The notes beneath the pieces are model-generated. The model had not been told where the DNA came from. It saw only the letters and a list, made by a program, of their open reading frames with translations, and did no database searches. Shown here one piece after another: positions 1-10,469 of a DNA stretch of 64,000 nucleotides. The position numbers and the translations under genes were made by a program. Each line of letters starts with the position of its first letter. The stretch's first letter is position 1. Where the stretch lies: positions 31,254 through 95,253 of the IMG/VR virus record IMGVR_UViG_2600254917_000001, one strand, 5' to 3'. This DNA is from a virus. Taxonomy: Duplodnaviria > Caudoviricetes.

Positions 1-2473
1 TCCCCTTCAGTTCAAGGGGTGCGTCCGACTGTTCGTAAGGGATGTAGGCGTTAAATGCGTCGTTATATTCTTGAACGAGATCCCCAATCTCATCGTGCTG
101 ACGGATCCAGTCATTAAAGCCGCTCTCAAGCAGGCGGATTCGCTCCATATACTGGTTGGCAAAGACGCCGCGGGGTTTATTGCCGTTGAGATAGCCTTCC
201 AGCTGAGCGAGGAAGGGATCCTTTTTCGAGACGCGCTTATAGACGGACTCCATTTGCCCGGTCTCTTTGTTTTTGCTGACGACGGTGCCGTATCGGTAGC
301 CAGCAAACACCCCTTCAGCGCCTTTGTACGACTGGTCTGAAACCAGGGTGCCGTTTTCGACCTGAATCTCTTTCACGTACTGCAGATCGGTGTACCCCTG
401 CTCGCGCAGGTATTCAAGAATGAGCGAGCGGTCGAACCATCGTGCGTTCATGTTGAAGTCGATAGAATCAACATCCGTCCATTTCCGCTTACGCTTAATC
501 TCCTCCAGTTGGCGTATGTAGTTTTGCTTGATAGCCTCGTTGTTCTCAACGCCGATAGCAGCCATCAGGCTTTTCGTCATCGCACTGATATCGCCGCTGG
601 TGGCGCGGTCCATAGGAACCAGGTGCCCATCACCGGTGATAGCGATCGTCTCATTGCTCGCCAGCATTGCCAGCAGCTCGTTGTCATCGTCAGGAGCATC
701 ACCGGTAAAGACTTCCCGAAACTCCTGGAGGTCAATGGGTACCAGGTCAATCTGGCTGAAGAGGTGGTTTACAACCTGAGACGCGTCTGACGAGTTGAAC
801 GCGAGAACGGGGCGGGTATCGAGCGTACCGGCAATGAGCGGCGCCAGCTCGCCATCTTCGGTGATAGCTGTTTTAAACTTCAGCCAGTCAGCAGCATTCT
901 TGCCCCGCACGCGTCCGGCTTTCCCTTTGCCCGGGTGCCCGTGCTTTTGGTACTCGGCTGAGACCATGCGGGCAATATCCTGCCGGACATCGTTAATATC
1001 GTTCTCAGGGTACCCTTGGGCCATCCAGTCCTGCATCACGGCGATACGGGAACCTATAAGCGCACCGCGGAAAACGCGCTCGCGAAGCTCTGCGGGCTGG
1101 CTGGCAGCAAACTGAATAGCATTTTTATGTGGGGCCGGTACGATTTCAGGAAAGCGGGAGTAAACGGCCTGCAACTGGGACCAGGAGAGCCCCATGACAG
1201 CTGCGGAATTTGTATCGGAGAACAGGGCCTGTAACTCTGTGTAGCTTCCGGCGCCGTACTGGGCAACATTGAGATCCTGCTTAGGGATAGAGTTATCCAG
1301 GACCCAACGCTCCCCGTCATAAATATGCCAACGATCGTTAATCAAGCGGCGATCACCTTCAACGGCCAGAATCACTGTTGGCTCGGTCACGCTGAGAAGG
1401 TCCCAGTTAATGCGGCTATGGAACTTGTTGAGAAGCTTCGTCTTGATCTCGCTGCTGGTGATAGTTTCGTTCTTAACGGTCATGCGATAGCCTTCCAGCA
1501 CCTCGCCGTGCACGAAACGTTTACCGTCTTGCTCAAACCATTTCCCGTTGATGTACGTGTCCCAGAGCACCATAGCTTTTTTGAGAAGCGTGTCCTTTTC
1601 TCCAACCATGCGCTGCGCGAGATCTTCTGGATGTTTACGCAAAACCCAGACATCTACAGCTGTGGCCGTGCCGTTCTCTTCAAACGTGCCGGAGGGGAGG
1701 CGATGAGCGCCAAGAAACTCCGCTTTGCGGGAGACCTGCAGGCGCAGCCGTTTATGAGAGCTACCGCTGGTCATGCCGTACGGAACGATGATGCAGACGT
1801 ACCCGCCAGGCTTGACCTTATCGAGCAGGCGCAGGATGAAGTAACGCCCGATATTGCGCTCACCAGCATAAGCCGGATCCATGTTCGCGAACTCGCCCCG
1901 GTTATCGCCAAACGGGACGTTACCCACTACCCCGTCAAAGATGTCATCCGGCGACGATGCAGCCAGCCTTTCGAACGCGCTGGTGGACACTTTGTCTTCA
2001 GGGTGGAGGAGGCGGTTAATACGACTGGAGATCGGACTGATTTCAGTCGCCGTCATGATAGCCCCAGCCGGTTTCGTTTCGTGGAATACGCCGGTGCCGG
2101 AGGATGGCTCAAGCCAGTTACCGGTTGGAGAGCCGTATAACTGCATCAGATCCCACATACCTTCCGCAACATATTGCGGTGTGTAATATTCGTGTTCATT
2201 TGCCCCAATACCGCCTTCCCCCGTATAGCGCGCCAGGATCTGACGCTGTTCGTCAGTAAGCAGCGTGCCATCCGGCAACTGGTTCAGCAGCTCGATAGCG
2301 GCGGCATTTGCCGTTTTACGCTCACGCTCAATCGACACACCGGCGCGCTTTGTGACGCCAAACGTGGCTGGTGCTCGTTTGATTGCTTGCATTAGCGCAC
2401 GGCAGACTTCGTCAACCGTTGTCGCTGATTCGATCATGTTTGTGGCGTTGTTAAGCGCCTTTGTCGTTCTCAT
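1..2473 (-). CDS. darB: DarB anti-restriction protein (N6-methyltransferase/helicase), runs off window start
   Basis: Hand translation from ATG at 2473 includes LLTDEQRQILARYTGEGGIG..EYYTP..LEPSSGTGVF..VVGNVPFG (MTase motifs I and IV), matching the P1 DarB N-terminus as I recall it; divergent from prt as in P1. Absent from the ORF track because the stop is outside the window. Confidence 0.9.
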   Translation of the reverse strand, partial: MRTTKALNNATNMIESATTVDEVCRALMQAIKRAPATFGVTKRAGVSIERERKTANAAAIELLNQLPDGTLLTDEQRQILARYTGEGGIGANEHEYYTPQYVAEGMWDLMQLYGSPTGNWLEPSSGTGVFHETKPAGAIMTATEISPISSRINRLLHPEDKVSTSAFERLAASSPDDIFDGVVGNVPFGDNRGEFANMDPAYAGERNIGRYFILRLLDKVKPGGYVCIIVPYGMTSGSSHKRLRLQVSRKAEFLGAHRLPSGTFEENGTATAVDVWVLRKHPEDLAQRMVGEKDTLLKKAMVLWDTYINGKWFEQDGKRFVHGEVLEGYRMTVKNETITSSEIKTKLLNKFHSRINWDLLSVTEPTVILAVEGDRRLINDRWHIYDGERWVLDNSIPKQDLNVAQYGAGSYTELQALFSDTNSAAVMGLSWSQLQAVYSRFPEIVPAPHKNAIQFAASQPAELRERVFRGALIGSRIAVMQDWMAQGYPENDINDVRQDIARMVSAEYQKHGHPGKGKAGRVRGKNAADWLKFKTAITEDGELAPLIAGTLDTRPVLAFNSSDASQVVNHLFSQIDLVPIDLQEFREVFTGDAPDDDNELLAMLASNETIAITGDGHLVPMDRATSGDISAMTKSLMAAIGVENNEAIKQNYIRQLEEIKRKRKWTDVDSIDFNMNARWFDRSLILEYLREQGYTDLQYVKEIQVENGTLVSDQSYKGAEGVFAGYRYGTVVSKNKETGQMESVYKRVSKKDPFLAQLEGYLNGNKPRGVFANQYMERIRLLESGFNDWIRQHDEIGDLVQEYNDAFNAYIPYEQSDAPLELKG

Positions 2474-2486
2474 AGGCTCACTCGTA

Positions 2487-2507
2487 GCGGTGCACAATTG
2501 CTAGATT
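2487..2507 (+). promoter_or_regulatory. Candidate late (Lpa-dependent) promoter GCGGTG-N9-TAGATT
   Basis: Same motif and spacing upstream of the endolysin, lydA and pacA. Confidence 0.5.
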
Positions 2508-2536
2508 TCTGCGCATGCTGTCAAAAAGGAACCGGT

Positions 2537-4267
2537 ATGAGTGAGCAAATTGGCGATGAAAAAAAGGGCGTGTTTAAAGCCCTGCGGCAGCTATTTGGCG
2601 GCAGCAAATCATCCGATCAGAGCGATTACGGTGCAGGCTATATCACCGGTGGCGCGGGCACGCTTGTTTCTATAAATGCGAGTAACTTCAAATTTGCTCA
2701 GAAAGATAACGATGGGACGAGTGCTGGTGGGTTTACCACGTGCGGCGCTGATATGTCCGATGACCTCAAACTGCCTGAAGATCGCTTCGCTAAATACCCG
2801 TTCCTTGAAGAAATGGCGAAGTTCCCAACGCTCTCTGACGCTATCGATATCCACCTTACGCACGCTTTGTCGACCGACAAAAAGACAAACCGCTCCTTCG
2901 CGATTACCGCCAAGCAGGGGAAGAACGAAAAGGAAACAAAGACGAACCAGGCGGTAGCAGAGGCCCTGGAAAACGAGCTGGGGCAAACCCTAAACGAACA
3001 GATGCCCGGTTGGGCAAAGGTGATGTGCATATACGGCGTGAACTATATCCGCCCGTATGGGGAACAGGGCGCCGGGATTAACTCCTTCGAGGGCAGCTAT
3101 TACACCCTCCCATGTTGGGTGCGAGAGTATGTACGCGGATCTGACCTCGCCGGTTTCACCAACGAGTGGTTCTGGCGCGGTGCTGAAAAAAACAAAATAC
3201 TCGCCGAGCCTTGGGCGCTGATTCCGCTGAAAATCCCGTATTGGGTTCCCAGCCGCACGATGATCCCGGTAACGACCGGCACCCAGGGTTATGCGTTAAT
3301 GGATGATCCCCTTGAGCGCGTGCCGATGGAGACTCAAAACTACGGCACCAGTCTGCTTGAAAACAGCTTCGGCCCGTACCAGAACCTTGTCAACGCCCTG
3401 AAGTCACTAAAGGCCAGCCGCAATAATGCCAGCAAAATAGACCGCCTGATCGGGGTAAACACAAGCAACCTCGATCCCGTTAACGCTGCGGCCTACATCA
3501 ACAGCATTACGACGGCGTTTAAACGAAACGCAGACATGATGAAAAAACGCGCTATCAGGGGTGGCTACACTCCTACCGTCGTTAACAACGTCATTCCGTT
3601 GATGGGCGACGGTGGGAAGGGGACGATGACCATCGATACACAGTCCACAACGGCGGATATTGGGCAGATCGAGGACATCATGTTTTATCTCCGCCAGCTG
3701 GCCGCCAGCGTCGGTCTCGATGTCACGCTTTTGGGCTGGGCGGATATGATGAGCGGCGGGTTGGGTGACGGCGGATTTTTCCGTACCTCGGTTCAAGCTG
3801 CGATGCGCGCGCAGTGGATTCGAAACGCCGTCAGCACATTCGTATACCGGGCAATAGACATCCATCTCGCGTGGAAAACCGGCAAAGTCTACCTGCCCGA
3901 AGATCGGCCCTACATCGTCCAATTCAACTCGCTTAATACTGCGATTCAGGAAGAAGAGCAGGCGGAGCAGGAAAGCCGCGCCAATTACGCCTCGATCATA
4001 ACGTCCATTCTCGACGCAGTACAAAACAGTCCCGCGTTGGCTGGCTCACAAACGTTTATGCGCCTGCTGTGCACTGACGTCCTCCATTTCAGCGAAACCG
4101 TGTCAGACGCGCTTATCAAGGAGCTGAAGGGGAAAGACGGCAGCGGCATGCCAAACGAGATAGACGACGAGCAACTACTGGAATCTTTACGTCGGCTTCC
4201 CCCAGAAGAACGGCAGCAACTCATATTTGAATGCGTGAGAAGCGCAGAGGAAGACTATGTCGCATAA
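2537..4267 (+). CDS. prt: Portal protein (P1 Prt-like)
   Basis: About 576 aa, AAGGA RBS before ATG 2537; darB-prt-pro synteny as in P1. Confidence 0.8.
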   Translation: MSEQIGDEKKGVFKALRQLFGGSKSSDQSDYGAGYITGGAGTLVSINASNFKFAQKDNDGTSAGGFTTCGADMSDDLKLPEDRFAKYPFLEEMAKFPTLSDAIDIHLTHALSTDKKTNRSFAITAKQGKNEKETKTNQAVAEALENELGQTLNEQMPGWAKVMCIYGVNYIRPYGEQGAGINSFEGSYYTLPCWVREYVRGSDLAGFTNEWFWRGAEKNKILAEPWALIPLKIPYWVPSRTMIPVTTGTQGYALMDDPLERVPMETQNYGTSLLENSFGPYQNLVNALKSLKASRNNASKIDRLIGVNTSNLDPVNAAAYINSITTAFKRNADMMKKRAIRGGYTPTVVNNVIPLMGDGGKGTMTIDTQSTTADIGQIEDIMFYLRQLAASVGLDVTLLGWADMMSGGLGDGGFFRTSVQAAMRAQWIRNAVSTFVYRAIDIHLAWKTGKVYLPEDRPYIVQFNSLNTAIQEEEQAEQESRANYASIITSILDAVQNSPALAGSQTFMRLLCTDVLHFSETVSDALIKELKGKDGSGMPNEIDDEQLLESLRRLPPEERQQLIFECVRSAEEDYVA

Positions 4268-5288
4268 AGCATTACGTACGGTCACTGACCGATTCAATAT
4301 CTTCAAAAATTCCCGCAAGCTGGGCGGGAACAAGCGTAATTACGTTCTGGCTGCAGTAAAGCAGCTCTTCGAAAGCGCTGAAACCCGCGAGTCAATGCAA
4401 CTGGGCGAACTGTATGGCTACTACGGCCATGGTCGCCGCCAGATGAACGGCCGTCTCGACATACCCGAAGTATCGGTGATGATGCTGGAAGGAAAGCCCG
4501 TGGTTATCGAGAACGTTCCGTCTAACAGGACTGTGGACGTTAGCATCGATGATGAGGGGACTGTAACGCATACGCAGGAAATTTTTGTCACTGACCCGGG
4601 CAAAATAGTATCAGGGCTGATTGATTCAAAGGCGGGCGGTTGGAGCTGGGCGATGGGTGGCGCGGAAGGGCGCCGGGTTATACCCCGCGAGTTTAGCGGC
4701 TTCGACTATGTAGGTGCCCCGAACTACATTAGCCTCGATCACCCCTCGTATTTGCTTGAATCGGGCTCCTCGCGTGCACAGCAGCGCGAAATGCTGCTGG
4801 AGTCACTGCAACGCCAAGGCTACACGCCGAACGCCGCCAAAATGATTTCAGAGCACTTTGACGCAATGCTGGATATGAATGTCGATATCTCATCCATGGA
4901 AGAGGATGTTTTATTGCTCGAAGGCCTGCTGGTGGAGAGTAATACAAAAATTAGTGATCTCGAATCTATGCGAAACGACCTCACTAAGACCGTCAGTGAA
5001 CTGGAAGAGAAAAACGCCTCCCGCCGTACGATGCTTCTCGAAGCCGTTTCAGCTTTACCTGTAAAGTTAAATGACGGCCAAATCGAAGCGTTGGTTAATT
5101 TGAACACTGCAGAAGATGCGAAAGTGGTTACCAAACTTTTTGAGAGCGTAATCAGAAGGAACTTTAAGGACCTACCACTGCGCAATAACGAACACAAATC
5201 ATTATCTGTACAAATGGATAACAGATTTGATATTCACAGCAAAAACATTGTCACCTTTTCCAATAACGACACGATATTGTTCAAATAA
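4257..5288 (+). CDS. pro: Prohead processing protease (P1 Pro-like)
   Basis: GELYGYYGHGRR and GGWSWA..GFDYV..PNY motifs; follows portal. Confidence 0.8.
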   Translation: MSHKALRTVTDRFNIFKNSRKLGGNKRNYVLAAVKQLFESAETRESMQLGELYGYYGHGRRQMNGRLDIPEVSVMMLEGKPVVIENVPSNRTVDVSIDDEGTVTHTQEIFVTDPGKIVSGLIDSKAGGWSWAMGGAEGRRVIPREFSGFDYVGAPNYISLDHPSYLLESGSSRAQQREMLLESLQRQGYTPNAAKMISEHFDAMLDMNVDISSMEEDVLLLEGLLVESNTKISDLESMRNDLTKTVSELEEKNASRRTMLLEAVSALPVKLNDGQIEALVNLNTAEDAKVVTKLFESVIRRNFKDLPLRNNEHKSLSVQMDNRFDIHSKNIVTFSNNDTILFK

Positions 5289-5434
5289 CCAGCACCGCCC
5301 AGATCGTTAAACGGTTTGGGCGGTCAAACCACTCCATCGCAACCCCTTTCAGCACCTGCCAATCAATAATCTCTGACCATTTTTATACCGCTTTATCATT
5401 GCGTTACAGAAAGCATGCGCCGCCACACTTACAA

Positions 5435-5451
5435 ATATCTCACTAAACATT
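5435..5451 (+). promoter_or_regulatory. Putative C1 operator ATATCTCACTAAACATT upstream of repL
   Basis: Member of a 17-bp repeat family; exact reverse-complement copy at 21997-22013. Confidence 0.7.
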
Positions 5452-5618
5452 TGATCATAAATCACGATCCGGTGTAGGATCCGATCGTCTTAAGAAACAA
5501 CAAAGGTTCCAGGTATATTCTGGGTAATAGAAAATAAAAAGGGCCAGCAAAATCGCTGACCCTTTGATGAATGTCATGTGTAACGAACATGCATTCTTTA
5601 CATCCAAATAAAATTAAC

Positions 5619-6647
5619 ATGACGATACTAATATCAAGAAACCCTCTTTGCAAGTCAAATAACAAAATTTCCGGCATCGGTTTAAAAAAAGTTATTGAAT
5701 CATTACCAACATCTATTGTTTCCAGGGCATCTAGAAGTATTCTCGTATGTATTTGCGAGGTAGCTGCCAGCAGTTCTGAATATAAGATCTTCAAATCTAA
5801 AAAACGCATGGCTCTGGAGTGCGGTGTCACCGTTGCGACAGTGCGCCGGAATCTGGACCTAGCGGTGAAAGCTGGCATCCTCACCCGTTCTTTTGTATTC
5901 GATGACGTCAAAGGGCAGTGTCCAACAGAGTATCAGTTCACTCGCGAGTTTATCGAGATAGCGCGCCTGGCATGCGACTTCATTGTTAGCAAAGCGAAGG
6001 ACGCTGCCGCTAAGCTCTCGGCACTCTATAGTCAGTTTGCTCTTCAACTATCAGCTGCACATCAGCCCGGGATGAGAATTGGCCAGCTGCTACGCCAGCG
6101 GTCAAAAGCTCATCGGGAAAAAGCTTTACAAGAAATACCCCCAGATCAAATTTCCCCTCCCCCCCATGATCATTTTGATCGGGAAATAGAGAAAGGTGTT
6201 GAAGTTGAGAAGGTTAAAACATATTCCCCAGCTCGCGCCGGGAAAGGGGTTTATGGCACTGTTAAAAAACTTAAGGACGCAGTAGCTGAGCGAGCAAAGA
6301 CCCGGTCCGCCGATCTTGCCGGGCGAAAAAACCAGGCCTATCAGGAGCGGGGGCAGGAGATTCAACGTATCGAATGTGAAGTACGGCGCCGTGCGTATAT
6401 CATGAACAAAGCCAGCGAAAGGGCCACCAGCACCACCTTCCCAACTGGACGTTTCAGTGAAGCAAACAAAGCCCACGAAGCGAATCGTGAACAAACGATC
6501 GCAGATTTGCATAGGGCGCAGGAAAGCGGCTTCAATCCGCTCTCGTTCATCGCTAATTTGCGCCAAAATTTGAGCCTCAAACGGAGAGAACCAACATGTT
6601 CACCGAACCAAGAATTATCTTCATGCTCGGATTCGCAGGAGGAGTAG
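5619..6647 (+). CDS. repL: Lytic replication initiator RepL
   Basis: SRASRSILVCICEVAASSSEYKI..HTH..YQFTREF resembles P1 RepL; PPDQISPPP segment and basic C-terminal half; start could be 5589. Confidence 0.75.
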   Translation: MTILISRNPLCKSNNKISGIGLKKVIESLPTSIVSRASRSILVCICEVAASSSEYKIFKSKKRMALECGVTVATVRRNLDLAVKAGILTRSFVFDDVKGQCPTEYQFTREFIEIARLACDFIVSKAKDAAAKLSALYSQFALQLSAAHQPGMRIGQLLRQRSKAHREKALQEIPPDQISPPPHDHFDREIEKGVEVEKVKTYSPARAGKGVYGTVKKLKDAVAERAKTRSADLAGRKNQAYQERGQEIQRIECEVRRRAYIMNKASERATSTTFPTGRFSEANKAHEANREQTIADLHRAQESGFNPLSFIANLRQNLSLKRREPTCSPNQELSSCSDSQEE

Positions 6648-6727
6648 CGTTCACTTACAGCTCCGTTTTGCTATCCCGGGCTTTAAAGCGCCGCGCCGAC
6701 CAGGCAAAACGGAACGGTAATTAGCAG

Positions 6728-7213
6728 TCATTTGGCAACGGTACCGCCTTTTGACTGATAAATCTGAATCACTTTCGCCATAGAAAACTCGTGCTGACCA
6801 TAACCGGCGCCAGGAAGCGAAGCCCAGATATTGCAGATTTTCTTAATGGCTGTTTCTATGTTCCCGTTCTCAATGTCAGACACCGCTTTTCGCTCTTTAA
6901 TGAGCTGTATGGCCCAACGGTCCTGTGACTCCGGACTGAAATCAGGAAGCAGCAGCTGAGCGCGGTAATGCTCCCAGTCCTTAACCAGATGTTGATAACG
7001 CCCCGACGCAGTAGAGCGCTGTCCCGCGTTATTGAAGATCTTACCTGGACGCCCGCCTGCAAATGGATGCGTGCTGTAGTCAGTAAAAATCTCTGCCTGG
7101 CCGTCAACGCCGGTGACGATGACGTCATAGCCATCATTCTTCGTTAGCTTGTTTGTAGAAGTGCCTTCAGTTACGGCAATTGTGTCCAATAAAGCCTTCA
7201 TGTTCGGATGCAT
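6728..7213 (-). CDS. Endolysin, lambda R-type lytic transglycosylase
   Basis: LDTIAVTEGT..GYDVIV..STASGRYQ..DFSPESQD..WASLPGAGYGQHE lambda-R family motifs. Confidence 0.9.
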   Translation of the reverse strand: MHPNMKALLDTIAVTEGTSTNKLTKNDGYDVIVTGVDGQAEIFTDYSTHPFAGGRPGKIFNNAGQRSTASGRYQHLVKDWEHYRAQLLLPDFSPESQDRWAIQLIKERKAVSDIENGNIETAIKKICNIWASLPGAGYGQHEFSMAKVIQIYQSKGGTVAK

Positions 7214-7410
7214 AATTTTCTCCTCAATTACAACCGATACCTTTCGAATCCGTTCATGCTATCCAAACTTCACCGCTCTCAGGCTCACCAAGTATGTTTA
7301 GAAAAAAAGATGTTTTTTAGCATTCGCCATGCATCTATAAAAATCATGAAATAATCATTTGATATGTATCTTGCATGCTTTTAAAATATCGAAAAACTAA
7401 GGAGGCAACG

Positions 7411-8052
7411 ATGCCAATTCTTGCAATTGCTCAGGGTAAGGGCGGAGTCGGTAAGACGACGACGAGCTTTAACGTCGCATGTGAGTTAAAGCCAATCAAC
7501 ACAGTTGATATCGACATCGCTGGTGGTATTTCCATCATCAACAACTTCCGTGCCGACAACAAAAAATTACCGATTACGATCCCCCAGACGACTGAAGAGC
7601 TCATTAATCTTCTCCGTGAAGGAGAGTCACCAGATAAGCTTGTTGTAGTAGACTGCGGTGGTTTTGACTCTCAGTTCACTCGTATCGCCATTGCAGCAGC
7701 TGACCTTGTGATTGCGCCAGCAAACGAGACATTCCTCGATCTGGTAGGGACACAGGAATTTAACCAGACGTTGCGTGAAATCAGCGATCAGGTAGGCAGA
7801 GAAATCGTCGGCTACGTGTTCTTCTGCAAAGTGCCGTCATCCAAAAAGCACTTCCCGAATATGGAAGACATGATCGCAAACTCTTCGAATTTGAAGTTGC
7901 TCGAACACCGCATAAGCGCGTTGAACGAACACCATATTAATCAGTTCCGTGGTCTTGGCGTTACTGAGCTCCCGGCAACAGCCAGCTCACGCGCAGGGAA
8001 AGAAGTGCGGGCATTATGCGAAGAAGTGCATCAGCTACTTCATCGCCAGTAA
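7411..8052 (+). CDS. parA: ParA-family partition ATPase (short, type Ib)
   Basis: Deviant Walker A KGGVGKTT and VVVDCGG; no N-terminal HTH. Confidence 0.9.
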   Translation: MPILAIAQGKGGVGKTTTSFNVACELKPINTVDIDIAGGISIINNFRADNKKLPITIPQTTEELINLLREGESPDKLVVVDCGGFDSQFTRIAIAAADLVIAPANETFLDLVGTQEFNQTLREISDQVGREIVGYVFFCKVPSSKKHFPNMEDMIANSSNLKLLEHRISALNEHHINQFRGLGVTELPATASSRAGKEVRALCEEVHQLLHRQ

Positions 8053-8064
8053 AGGAGTCATGTT

Positions 8065-8379
8065 ATGGCCAAACAGCCAAAAGTAAAAAACTGGGATTTG
8101 ATGAGTCGCATTGGCAGCTCCGCCCCGCTTAAAGAAAACGGGCAGAATTCAGCCCCAGCTGCAGAAACACCGGCCCCTGCAGCCGAACCAGCACCAGCAA
8201 AGACCGTTGAAGGCCCTAAGGTACAGCGCAAAATGCTTGCGGCTATGCCAACTGAGTACGTTGAAGCCCATGAGCAGCTGCGCGTAAGCGGCCGTACGGC
8301 GATGAACCTGTCTTCATACATCTATGAAGCAGTTCGTGAAAAGCTGCTGCGTGACGGTGCTTTTGAAGCGAAGAAGTAA
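8065..8379 (+). CDS. Small partition partner protein (ParG/RHH-like centromere binding)
   Basis: 104 aa directly after parA; disordered N-terminus and RHH-like C-terminus (MNLSSYIYEAVREKL). Confidence 0.65.
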   Translation: MAKQPKVKNWDLMSRIGSSAPLKENGQNSAPAAETPAPAAEPAPAKTVEGPKVQRKMLAAMPTEYVEAHEQLRVSGRTAMNLSSYIYEAVREKLLRDGAFEAKK

Positions 8380-8398
8380 CAGAAAAACATTCCACATA
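8380..8398 (+). repeat. Solitary iteron copy (incA-like)
   Basis: CAGAAAAACATTCCACATA matches the origin iteron consensus. Confidence 0.55.
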
Positions 8399-8426
8399 TG
8401 AGAAGAGCCGGGACACCGGCTCTTTT

Positions 8427-9032
8427 TTATTTTTTCTTGTCTTCTATTTGTTCAGAATCTGGCTGATCTTGTTCCCGTTCTGTACGCTTGGCGCGTCCAA
8501 TCGGATACTTCCGCAACACAAAGATGCAGGCTACAGCAACGATCACCCCTATGATGGTTATCGCCGCGCCATCATGGTCATTGATTGCTAAGTATGTGGC
8601 AGCAAAAATTGCCGCTAAGGTTGATATAACCCCACATACCTGGCCACGTCGATCACGGTTTACAGAAGCGTCTAACACTTTTTCTTCCATTCTCTGACGA
8701 TGCGCCATTTCCCTTTCAGTTAGACTGAAGATGCGATCAGCAGAGCCAGGTAAGATTTCTTCGTAATGCTTCAGATGTCGTGGATGCGGGAATGGGCCGG
8801 AGAAGGCCTCATGCGCAATCATGAGATGCTGAATTTCAGGGCGGTTCATTGATTCAAGAAAAACATGAGGTTTTGATAAAACCTCATGTGTAAATTCTTC
8901 GACCTCAGCTTCAGTGGTGCAAGCTTCAGCGGCTTGAAGGTCATCGCTTGGTTCTTTTGTAGAGTTCTGCGTATTTATCGAATGTGCATCCGCTTGATGT
9001 TGTGCTTCCATCTTCATAGACCTTATAACCAA
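8427..9032 (-). CDS. DUF2335-like membrane protein
   Basis: FSGPFPHP..YEEILPGSADRIF..E.EMAHR followed by two TM helices. Confidence 0.75.
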   Translation of the reverse strand: MVIRSMKMEAQHQADAHSINTQNSTKEPSDDLQAAEACTTEAEVEEFTHEVLSKPHVFLESMNRPEIQHLMIAHEAFSGPFPHPRHLKHYEEILPGSADRIFSLTEREMAHRQRMEEKVLDASVNRDRRGQVCGVISTLAAIFAATYLAINDHDGAAITIIGVIVAVACIFVLRKYPIGRAKRTEREQDQPDSEQIEDKKK

Positions 9033-9438
9033 ATTGCTCTAAAAATTTCTCTTTTATGGATTTTGTTGATTTCAATTTCTTGGTTAACTGTTCTTGAACA
9101 GTTCGTTCTTGAAGATCGCATACAGCTTTATTCCAGAATTTCTCTGCTGCATTGCACTCACCATCTCCGCGAGGCGTATTACGAATTTCGTTTACACTGC
9201 AGGTTTTATACTCACGCCCGTGATAAACCGGCTCGTAATGATTGAGGGCCTCGTAGAATACAAATACTCGGTTCAGGTCATCAGCTACAGTCTGCAGGTC
9301 TTGATGTAAGCAACTGGGATACCCTCGATGAGAATCAAGAATATGGTAATAATTGCTCGTTTTGGTGATTCCCAGAGGAGTACTGGCCTCGATCGCTTCA
9401 TCGAGATTGATGCTGTGTTTCTTCTTAAGAAGCGTCAT
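8941..9438 (-). CDS. Hypothetical protein
   Basis: 165-aa ORF with GAGGA RBS, between rep and the DUF2335 gene. Confidence 0.55.
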   Translation of the reverse strand: MTLLKKKHSINLDEAIEASTPLGITKTSNYYHILDSHRGYPSCLHQDLQTVADDLNRVFVFYEALNHYEPVYHGREYKTCSVNEIRNTPRGDGECNAAEKFWNKAVCDLQERTVQEQLTKKLKSTKSIKEKFLEQFGYKVYEDGSTTSSGCTFDKYAELYKRTKR

Positions 9439-9447
9439 AAATCCTCC

Positions 9448-10452
9448 TCACGCAGCTAATGCTTTTTTCCCGCGCTGCGAACGGACTTTGATTTCGTTCA
9501 GTACGTTCTTTTCCGCAATGCTGTCACCGATAATCTTATACCACCCTGCCAGCTTACGCAGATCAGGCACGCTTACTTTCTCTTGGACATCATATGCTGT
9601 CAATTTCTCCCTGTAATCAAGAAGAATCTTGATGCACTTACGCGCCCATTGTCCTTCCGCATCAGAACCTTTGGTGACGTGCGGACGACGAGGCAGGCGA
9701 GGGCGAACGGGTTTAACCGTTATTGGGGCCGACTCGTCGACGTAGGCAAACTTGATAGCCTTCACCGTGCGGCCCGCTTTGACCGGCTCCCAGATGACGG
9801 AAATGTCCGTCACCGCGTTGATACGGTCGAGGGCAGGCTGAAGTAATTTCTGCCTGAAGTCACGGTAATCCGAGTACTTATCGACAATTCCAGCCTTTTG
9901 CCTGATCCAGTCCAGCTCCAACGTGACCTCAATGGTGTCACCGTTTCGGTATGACCGAAGGTTGCGCGCTTTAATCAGCCAGCCATAAAGTCGGATAGAG
10001 AACGGCGTATCCAGGCGCGCCAGGTTCGTGAAGTTGAGCTTCGTGAAGTTTTCCTTCAGCTCGTACAGGTATGGAGCCACGTCCTGGCCGAAGCGAAGCA
10101 CAACTGCACTGTGATCGTCATTATTCACGTATTCGAGTCGCGAGAACCACGATAGCTGGACCGTACGTATCTTGCCGTTGCGATCGGGCTTATAGATAAC
10201 AACTGGCTTCTTCATCAAGCTTTCAGCTGCATCACGTAGTTGTCGGTGGCTGCTTGTCGGGTTAACGTTGTATATGCGTTGATAGTCCTTCGGCAACAGT
10301 CTGTATAACGTATCCGGCTGGGCCTTACGGCTGTCGATCTGCGACAGTGCCATGTTGAGCAGGCGCATCTCATCCAAGGTAACGCTATACGTCCCTTCGA
10401 GCAGATCGTTGCCTTGCACCACTGTGAGATTATTGTCCTGTTCCTGCGACAT
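9448..10452 (-). CDS. repA: Plasmid replication initiator, Rep_3 family
   Basis: VVQGNDLLEG.Y..TLDEMRLL, SIRLYGWL and YSDYRDFRQKLLQPALDRIN Rep_3 motifs; adjacent iteron array. Confidence 0.9.
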   Translation of the reverse strand: MSQEQDNNLTVVQGNDLLEGTYSVTLDEMRLLNMALSQIDSRKAQPDTLYRLLPKDYQRIYNVNPTSSHRQLRDAAESLMKKPVVIYKPDRNGKIRTVQLSWFSRLEYVNNDDHSAVVLRFGQDVAPYLYELKENFTKLNFTNLARLDTPFSIRLYGWLIKARNLRSYRNGDTIEVTLELDWIRQKAGIVDKYSDYRDFRQKLLQPALDRINAVTDISVIWEPVKAGRTVKAIKFAYVDESAPITVKPVRPRLPRRPHVTKGSDAEGQWARKCIKILLDYREKLTAYDVQEKVSVPDLRKLAGWYKIIGDSIAEKNVLNEIKVRSQRGKKALAA

Positions 10453-10469
10453 TGCACCCGCGCCCCGCA

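Noticed and set aside
7-2504. Many short ORFs including the 271-aa + strand ORF 1325-2140
   Set aside because: Shadow frames of darB, which occupies the minus strand and runs off the window.
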